Assembly: GCF_000012925.1 (NCBI RefSeq)
Contig: NC_007517.1
Coordinates: 3,180,001 to 3,212,000 of the forward strand
Origin: Geobacter metallireducens GS-15
GTDB lineage: Bacteria; Desulfobacterota; Desulfuromonadia; Geobacterales; Geobacteraceae
Direction of reading: 5' to 3'
DNA: 32,000 bases
Shown: positions 26,085-32,000 of the stretch, piece by piece
Layout of the letters: the number at the start of each line of letters is the position of its first letter
Numbering within the stretch: position 1 is the stretch's first letter
Program-made: the position numbers and the translations under genes
The notes under the pieces: generated by a model
Database searches by the model: none
The model's input: only the letters and a program-made list of their open reading frames with translations
Told to the model about the DNA's origin: nothing

Positions 26085-29000
26085 CACCGCCGCCCCGAAC
26101 TCCACCCGCGAGCCCGGCCCCTTGTCTGCGGGAGCTTTGTGGATATCGTCGGCCCGGAGGAAGAGGCGGGCCGGATCCACCTTGCCCGGCCCCGCCAGAA
26201 GAGCCTTCACCGCCCCGGCCCGCTCGGCTGCCAGCGCCTTCAGCTCCCCTTCCCCCACCCGGGTGTTGGCGAGGATCAGCTTGCGCATCTCGGCGTCGGG
26301 GAGATCCTTCTCTAGGCCGAGGATGTTGCGGGGCTTGGGAAACTTTTCCTTCCTGTAGACCGCCTTGAGATAGCGGGATGCCTCATCGGGGGCAATGGCC
26401 ATGGTTTCCGCCGAATCTCCCGGCTGGTTCCGCTTTTCCTTCACCAGCACCAGGAATTTTTCGGCCTTCATCTTCCGGGTCAGCAGTTCGACGCGGTACC
26501 CCTCGGGGTCCCGCTCCTTATCCACGTATCCCTTGATGTCCACCTTGAGGGAAGGCCGGTCGTTGAGGGCCTGGGCAATCTTTGCCAGCTTGGCCTGCTC
26601 GGTCTCGGCCAGATGGGCCGATCCGGCCGCGAAGGGAATGACGCTGAAGTCCTCCTTGCCGCCGAAGGCCGACTGGAGAAGGGAGAAGGGAGAGGTCGCC
26701 GCCTTGACGAGGAGGTTTTTGATGATCTGCCAGACCACGCGCCAGACGCTGAACTGGGGATCGTCGGTACGGCCGGTAACCGGTATGTCCAGGTGGATCT
26801 CCCCCTTGCGGTCCTTGAGGAGCGCCACCGCCAGCCGCACCGGGAGAGTGGTGGCCTTGTTGCTCTCGATCCTGTCGCCAAAGGTGAGCTGGTCGATGAA
26901 GACCTTGTTCTCGGAGTTGAGCTGCTTGTTCTCGATGGTGTATTTCAGGTCGAAGGAGACCTTGCCTCGGTCGATGCCGTATCCCACGTAGGTTCCCGAA
27001 TAGGGGGTGAGGGGGGTCAGGTCGATGTCGGCAAAGCGGACCGTGATGTCGGCGTAGAGGTCGTCGCGCAGCGGGTTCAGCTTGCCGGTGATCTGGAGGG
27101 GCGAGAGGTTCTGCAGGTTCCCCCGCAGGTCCACGTCGGCAAACCGGCTCGCCTCGGAGGAGAGCCCGCTGATCCTCCCGCCAAGGTTGTAGAAGGTGGT
27201 GTCGTACTCCCGGCTCATGTGATGGTCGGAGAAGGCGAGGGTCCCCTCCTGGAGGATCACGGTATCAATGGCGATCTGACGTTGGGGCTTAGCCGGCTGA
27301 ACCGACTGCATCGCTTGCGGTGGTGCCGGTTGCCCCCCTTTGGTAACAGAGGCCCGTTGTCCCCCCTGTTGCTCCCCTTCGTTCCCCTTCCCCCCTTCCG
27401 GCGAGTAGAGTTTCTGGAGGTTGAGGCGCCCATCCTTGCCAATGACGATCTTGGAGAAGAACTTGGCAAGGGAAACCTCGCCGATCTTCAGGGAGAAGGG
27501 ATCGAGGCTACCCGACACCTTGTCGAGTTGAAGACTGTCCCACGTGAGGAGGTCATCGGCGTCGGCGTCGAGACAGTGGAAAGAGCGAACGCCAAGGTTG
27601 CCGGCAAAGGTGCCGCCGACCCCCTCTCCCCGTTTTGCCACGGCATAGGTAAGCCGGGTGTCGAGGGCGCCGTCCGCCAGGATGATGTTGAGCCCCTCGG
27701 GGAGGTAGGCGTCGAAATCAGTGAGGGGAATCCGCCGCAGGGTGATCTCCCCCTTCGCCGCAAGGGGGACGGGGGTGACGCGTCCCGAGGCGGCGAGCGC
27801 CCCCCCTTTCCCGTAGCCCGCCGAAAAGCGGTAGGGAATGGTCTCCATCCTGGGACCGGTGATGTTGCTGGCATTGAAGCCGATGCGGCGCAGGTCGAAG
27901 CGGGGATTGCCGACCGCCTTCCGGTCGGTGAAGGTGAGGCCGAGGCCGCTGGCGGCCACCGAGGCGATACGGTACCGGAAGGGTTGCCCCGCCGTGGGCC
28001 GGGCCTCCCGTGCCGCCGGTCTCCTGCCGGTCTCGGGCTTTTTCAGGAGCGCGAGGGGAGAAAGATTCCCCGCGGCATCCCGGGAGAGGCGGACCCCCCC
28101 CCCCGCCAGGGTCACCTGGGCTATGTCCAGACGGTTTTCCTTCTGACTGAACCGCCCCCCGGTGGCATCCAACCGGGCAAGGCGCGCCCCCTCCTTGGGG
28201 CCGAAGGGAGCGGCAAGGTTGGTGAGCCGCACCGCGATCTTGTCGGCCGACAGACCGGCGGCGGCATCGTAGGCCACCTCCCCCGAGAGGTCGAGCTTCC
28301 CCGTGACCGGGGCGGTGAGAGCGCCGGCCAGGTAGGGGTGAAAGGCGTCAAGCACGATCCCCTTCAGGTCGGCCGTGGCGGTGGCAGCCAGAGGCTCGGG
28401 GGAGAAGCCCCCCGTGATGCGCGCGGTTTCCCCCCTGCCCGTGGCAAAGGAGAGGGTGTAGTCAGCCTTTTTACCCGGCCGGGTGGAAAAGCCCCGCACG
28501 GTGCAGGCGATCTCCCGGGCCTCGGCCTTGAAGCCCCTCGGCGGCATTGCATCGGCCACGGTCACGGTGCCGTTGCGAAGCGTGAACTCCCCCACATCGA
28601 CGACCGGTTTCCCTTTCGGTTTCTCCTTGGGGGCGGCCTTGGGTTTTGCAGGGGGAGGAGCCGGCTTCTCTCCCCCGGAGAGCCGGGCCACGTTCCACAC
28701 CCCTTTTCCGTCCCGCGCCAAATGGAACACGGGGCCATCCAGGGTAACGGAGGTGAGGGAGATGGCAGGGGCGAGAAGCTCGCTTTTGCCGATCATCACG
28801 CCGAGCCGGTCGAGGGCAGCCAGAGGCGCGCCGTCCGCCCCGGCTGCCTTCAGGTTGGCCAGGGAAAGCTCCCCGGTCATGACGAGTTCAGGATTCTTGT
28901 TGGCGTCGATGCGGTAGGTCAAGGCGAGCTTCGTTGCGGCCGTCCCCCGCTCCACCCGGACCGGAAGCTTCGCCGGCACATAGGCCAGGTAGTAGGGGAT

Positions 29001-29681
29001 GTCCAGGTCCTTCAGGTTCACGTCGAGGGAATATTCGGCGGCAGAGGTGAAGGGACGAAGCTTGCCGTCCAGGACCAGGGGAGAGCCGTTCACCACCGCC
29101 CGGAACCGGGGGGCTATGTAGATATCCGCATAGTGGGGAATGGTGCTGACAAAGGGGACCCCCAGTTCCAGCCCGCTGACCCGGTGACGCTTCTCAACGG
29201 CCAGCCCCTGGTCGATGAAGTCAATGGAGCCGTTGGTGACGGCAATATTGGAGACGGAAAAGCGTGCCCGCTCCTTCTTGGGTTGAGGGTTCTCCGGCCC
29301 CTTCTTTTCGAGGATATCCGAGAAATTGTAGGCGTTCGCCCCGGTCCGCACCAGATGGACGTAGGGGGAGCGGAGCCGGGCCTCGGAAACAATGGGAGCC
29401 CCCCGGAAGATGGAGGCAGGGCTCACGGCAACCCGGGCGCTGGAGAAGGAAGCGAAGGTCGTGGTCCCGTCCCGCTCGGTAAGGCGCATTCCACGCACCT
29501 CGGCGTTCCAGGTGAAGGGGTTGATGCTGACTGCGCCGATGGAGAGCTTTCGGCCGGTGGCCTCCTCCACCGCCCGGATGGCTCGCCCCTTCACCATTCC
29601 CGGCAGGACGAAGGCGGTGAACGCCGCCAGGATCAGGAGAAAAATGCCGCAACCGATGAGGATTTTGTGCCAGGTTTTCAT
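26079..29681 (-). CDS. DUF748 / AsmA-like large envelope protein, N-terminally anchored, 1200 aa
   Basis: Single N-terminal TM helix (ILIGCGIFLLILAAFTAFVL), then long beta-rich repeats typical of DUF748/AsmA-like proteins. Two P/K/Q/G-rich linkers are present. The C-terminus has OmpA-like remnants (FAAGSAHL...VDIKGYVD...ERAGAVKALL). GGAGGG RBS. Confidence 0.75.
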   Translation of the reverse strand: MKTWHKILIGCGIFLLILAAFTAFVLPGMVKGRAIRAVEEATGRKLSIGAVSINPFTWNAEVRGMRLTERDGTTTFASFSSARVAVSPASIFRGAPIVSEARLRSPYVHLVRTGANAYNFSDILEKKGPENPQPKKERARFSVSNIAVTNGSIDFIDQGLAVEKRHRVSGLELGVPFVSTIPHYADIYIAPRFRAVVNGSPLVLDGKLRPFTSAAEYSLDVNLKDLDIPYYLAYVPAKLPVRVERGTAATKLALTYRIDANKNPELVMTGELSLANLKAAGADGAPLAALDRLGVMIGKSELLAPAISLTSVTLDGPVFHLARDGKGVWNVARLSGGEKPAPPPAKPKAAPKEKPKGKPVVDVGEFTLRNGTVTVADAMPPRGFKAEAREIACTVRGFSTRPGKKADYTLSFATGRGETARITGGFSPEPLAATATADLKGIVLDAFHPYLAGALTAPVTGKLDLSGEVAYDAAAGLSADKIAVRLTNLAAPFGPKEGARLARLDATGGRFSQKENRLDIAQVTLAGGGVRLSRDAAGNLSPLALLKKPETGRRPAAREARPTAGQPFRYRIASVAASGLGLTFTDRKAVGNPRFDLRRIGFNASNITGPRMETIPYRFSAGYGKGGALAASGRVTPVPLAAKGEITLRRIPLTDFDAYLPEGLNIILADGALDTRLTYAVAKRGEGVGGTFAGNLGVRSFHCLDADADDLLTWDSLQLDKVSGSLDPFSLKIGEVSLAKFFSKIVIGKDGRLNLQKLYSPEGGKGNEGEQQGGQRASVTKGGQPAPPQAMQSVQPAKPQRQIAIDTVILQEGTLAFSDHHMSREYDTTFYNLGGRISGLSSEASRFADVDLRGNLQNLSPLQITGKLNPLRDDLYADITVRFADIDLTPLTPYSGTYVGYGIDRGKVSFDLKYTIENKQLNSENKVFIDQLTFGDRIESNKATTLPVRLAVALLKDRKGEIHLDIPVTGRTDDPQFSVWRVVWQIIKNLLVKAATSPFSLLQSAFGGKEDFSVIPFAAGSAHLAETEQAKLAKIAQALNDRPSLKVDIKGYVDKERDPEGYRVELLTRKMKAEKFLVLVKEKRNQPGDSAETMAIAPDEASRYLKAVYRKEKFPKPRNILGLEKDLPDAEMRKLILANTRVGEGELKALAAERAGAVKALLAGPGKVDPARLFLRADDIHKAPADKGPGSRVEFGAAVQ

Positions 29682-29756
29682 GCTCGCCCTCCAGCCCCTC
29701 AGCCTCTGCCAGGCGGGGGCGCTTCTCTCTTAAATGTGCCAGAAACAGGCATCGTG

Positions 29757-29783
29757 TCAAAGAAAAAGGCCGCTTGAGCGGCC
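29757..29783 (-). terminator. Rho-independent terminator after the TehB-like methyltransferase gene
   Basis: The minus strand has GGCCGC-tcaa-GCGGCC followed by TTTTTCTTT, 22 nt after the stop. Confidence 0.7.
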
Positions 29784-29804
29784 TGACGTCATGGTTTCAG
29801 GGGG

Positions 29805-30377
29805 TTACTTACTGTGTCGGTAGATGAGCTTGGCCGTTGGGGTCGCACTGTCTGGGTACTCGCCGCAGAAGAGGATGGTGCCGGGGTATGGCGCGAAAAA
29901 CCGCGCCAACTCGCCGGGTTGGAGGAGAAACTCCTTCCGGTGGGGGACCGGCGCAGTGGGGGATTCGAGGATGGTATCGAAGATGACGACGCCCCCCGGG
30001 GTGAGGGCCGCCACCTCCTGGGGGATCAGGTCCCGAAGGAGGAAATTGAAGTTGATGATGAGGTCGAACCGCTCGTCGAAGGCGTACGTCTCCAGGTCGG
30101 CGAGGCGGAAGTCGCAGGCGAGCCCTTCCCGCCCGGCCCAACGGCGGGCCTTCTCCACGGCCACGGGAGAGATGTCGAGACCGGTGACGCTGTACCCATG
30201 ACGGGCAAGAAAGATGCTGTTCCGTCCCTCGCCGCAGGCGATGTCCAGGGCCTTTCTGCCGGGACAGAGGCATTTCACCTCCTCGATCCGCTCGGCGAGA
30301 AACCGCGACGGTTTTTCCCCCAGGAGAAACTCCTCACTCCGGTACCGCTCGTCCCACCGTTCGCTGTCGTCGTTCAT
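29805..30377 (-). CDS. Class I SAM-dependent methyltransferase (TehB/Methyltransf_25-like), 190 aa
   Basis: RWDERY, motif I ALDIACGEGRNSIFLARHG, post-I GLDISP, and DLIINFNFL. Confidence 0.85.
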   Translation of the reverse strand: MNDDSERWDERYRSEEFLLGEKPSRFLAERIEEVKCLCPGRKALDIACGEGRNSIFLARHGYSVTGLDISPVAVEKARRWAGREGLACDFRLADLETYAFDERFDLIINFNFLLRDLIPQEVAALTPGGVVIFDTILESPTAPVPHRKEFLLQPGELARFFAPYPGTILFCGEYPDSATPTAKLIYRHSK

Positions 30378-30694
30378 GGCGTTCCCTCTCTCACCTAACT
30401 CTAGCAGGAGAATCCCGGCCCGTCACGGGCAAACCCTCAGCACTTTCCCGCCGTCGTCCGGCCTGCAACCAGCTACCTCTTGTCGCAGCAGCCGGAGCGA
30501 GGCCGTAGCGGGCGCCGGCCATGAGATTCAACACCTACCAGCGCAGGTGGTACTTCTCGGCCAGCTGCGGATACCGCGATCCGCGCGTCGTCCACCCTCA
30601 CGAGGACCAAGCCGCCGTTGTTCAGAATCTTTCTCTTTACGCTTTACCTTGAATCCGTGACGGTGCGGCATCTTGTCGCGGGTTCGCGTTTCTG

Positions 30695-32000
30695 TCAGAA
30701 GGTCACCTGCACCTGCAGGTAACCGTAGTTGATATCCTTGCCGCTCCCGGTGGCGTCCTTGAAGAAGTTCCCGGTGAAGAAACGGTTGGCACCGGCAAGA
30801 AAGCTGATCTTGTCGGTGAGCTTGTAGGTGAAGATCAGATTGCTCTCGAAACCGACATCCGTGCTGACCCCGGCTGCGGTCTTCGTTGCCCAGAAGTAGT
30901 GGCCGTCAAGGGAGACGTTGAGCTTCTCGGTCACGTCGACCCCGCCCCCGACGGTGATGACGTGAAGGCCGCTGGCATGCACCGCGTTGCCTCCCGGGCC
31001 GATGGCGGTGACCCCCGAGAGGTCGCCGACGACGCTCATGTCGCCGATGAGGGGGGTGTCGTTGTTGGGGTTGTGGAACTCCCGGAACTTCCCGTTCCCG
31101 CCTCCGTCGCCGGAACCGAAGGCGTAGCTGACGAACCCCTTGGACGGATAGCGGCCGAGAGCCGGGTCGATGGACAGGTCGGCGTGGCCGCCGAAGGCGC
31201 TGATGTTCCGGTGGGCAGTCTCCTCGATATGCCGGCCGAACTGGTAGACCGGTTCCACCTCGAAAGCGACCAGCTTCCCCACCTTCCCGGCGAGACGCGC
31301 CCCCACCGACCAGGTCCGCTCGTCCTTGCCGTCATGGGTCATCCCCGCGCCGCCGGTGTCGAGGAGGCCGTAGATATCCACGGAAAAGGCGTCATTGGCG
31401 GTGTAGGTGCCGTAGACTCCGTAGAGCTCCCCCGTGATCCCGCCGGAGTTGTCCTTCAGGTACTTTCCTGCGAAAAAGTCCACCGCCAGGGGCTCCATCG
31501 GCTTCACCATCAGCTTCACCGCGTCGTAGCTCAGGCCGTCGAAGAAGGTGTCGGCGCCGAGCATGAAGGAGCTCCCGTAGACCAGCTCCTGGCGCCCCGC
31601 CTTGAGGGTGGCCTTCCTGCCGGGGAGGCTCCCTTCCAGGTACCCCTGGTAGAGGCGGAAGGTGTTGAACTTCACATCGTTGTAAGAGGCATACCACTGC
31701 CCCTCCACCCGGGCGGTAAGGTAGTCGGTGGGGGTGACAGTCAGCGAGGGGCGGACCCGCACGAGGAGCCGGCTGTCCCGGTGCCCCGGCGTATGGGTAA
31801 CGTCATTTAAATTGAAATTGTTGACGGACTCGCCCCGAATCATGGCATCCAGCCCCGCCTTGAGGGGGCCGAACTGCAGCGGATCCTTCGCCTCCCCCTC
31901 CCTTGCTCCTCCCTGCACGTACTGTTGCTGGATCACGGGGATAACGGGAGCCTCCCCCTCCGCTGCCGCCACGCCCCTCCCTGCCGTTGCCAGCACAATC
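30695..32000 (-). CDS. Outer-membrane beta-barrel porin, alginate-export (AlgE)-like family; N-terminus probably just outside the window
   Basis: Alternating beta-strand pattern, GRQELVYGSSFMLG...FDG motif, and C-terminal YGYLQVQVTF ending in Phe (OMP signature). The GTG at 31996 is only a track start, and no signal peptide is visible. Confidence 0.7.
   Translation of the reverse strand, partial: IVLATAGRGVAAAEGEAPVIPVIQQQYVQGGAREGEAKDPLQFGPLKAGLDAMIRGESVNNFNLNDVTHTPGHRDSRLLVRVRPSLTVTPTDYLTARVEGQWYASYNDVKFNTFRLYQGYLEGSLPGRKATLKAGRQELVYGSSFMLGADTFFDGLSYDAVKLMVKPMEPLAVDFFAGKYLKDNSGGITGELYGVYGTYTANDAFSVDIYGLLDTGGAGMTHDGKDERTWSVGARLAGKVGKLVAFEVEPVYQFGRHIEETAHRNISAFGGHADLSIDPALGRYPSKGFVSYAFGSGDGGGNGKFREFHNPNNDTPLIGDMSVVGDLSGVTAIGPGGNAVHASGLHVITVGGGVDVTEKLNVSLDGHYFWATKTAAGVSTDVGFESNLIFTYKLTDKISFLAGANRFFTGNFFKDATGSGKDINYGYLQVQVTF

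Noticed and set aside
26613-29777. A 1054-aa plus-strand ORF antisense to the DUF748 gene. Similar long antisense ORFs occur at 8886-10379, 15337-16956, 18564-20561, 24534-25955, 7461-8852 and 6336-7406.
   Set aside because: All are rich in G, R, P, D, E and H, lack RBS and domain signatures, and lie opposite genes with clear family identity. These are typical GC-rich antisense artefacts.
30521-30652. A 43-aa plus-strand ORF in the porin/methyltransferase gap as a real small protein
   Set aside because: It has no Shine-Dalgarno, no signal peptide or TM segment and no recognisable family, and it lies opposite to all the flanking genes. I kept it only as a note inside the gap finding.
1-32000. 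Signs of a horizontally acquired island, prophage, defence system, toxin-antitoxin pair, or tRNA/rRNA genes
   Set aside because: GC content and codon style look uniform. There are no integrase, transposase, nuclease or helicase defence signatures, no tRNA-like T-loop or acceptor structures, and no direct-repeat boundaries. The gene content is core metabolism, envelope and signalling.

Overview
GC-rich bacterial chromosomal window. Gene content and style resemble a Geobacter/Desulfuromonadales-type deltaproteobacterium (inference only). I support 19 protein-coding genes, two of them cut by the window edges. I found no rRNA, tRNA, IS, integrase or phage genes and no CRISPR array, and I see no compositional island. 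Block 1 (1-8200) holds a partial PfkB kinase, a small secreted coiled-coil protein, a HAD phosphatase, an HpnI-like GT21 glycosyltransferase, a translationally coupled HEAT-repeat protein + HD-GYP phosphodiesterase pair, and a convergent REC-PAS-PAS-PP2C phosphatase. Block 2 (8220-17985) is a hopanoid locus: an hpnN-like RND transporter divergent from shc-hpnA-dxs-hpnH. Block 3 (18090-32000, all minus strand) starts with a REC / CheB-catalytic-domain / Cache-MCP / hybrid Cache-PAS-GAF kinase operon behind a near-consensus sigma-28 promoter. It continues with a second MCP, a 1200-aa DUF748/AsmA-like envelope protein, a TehB-like methyltransferase and an alginate-export-like porin (partial). The most unusual thing I can verify is the hpnN 3' end. 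It reads in frame, with no stop codon, into a YtqB/MnmM-type SAM methyltransferase across a palindromic tract of GGGGACC heptamers. Gaining or losing one heptamer restores a stop (TAG, or a classic ATGA stop/start overlap). The junction is therefore a slippage-prone frame switch, a recent fusion, or an assembly artefact. Other points worth a second look: a homologous N-terminal module shared by the HEAT and HD-GYP proteins; a CheB split into separate REC and esterase genes with no CheA/CheW/CheR nearby; two sigma-28-type promoters sharing an extended motif; and related GC hairpins in every spacer of the hopanoid operon. I see no clearly new multi-gene system such as a defence island. Everything is read by eye from the sequence and ORF track, and no searches were run.
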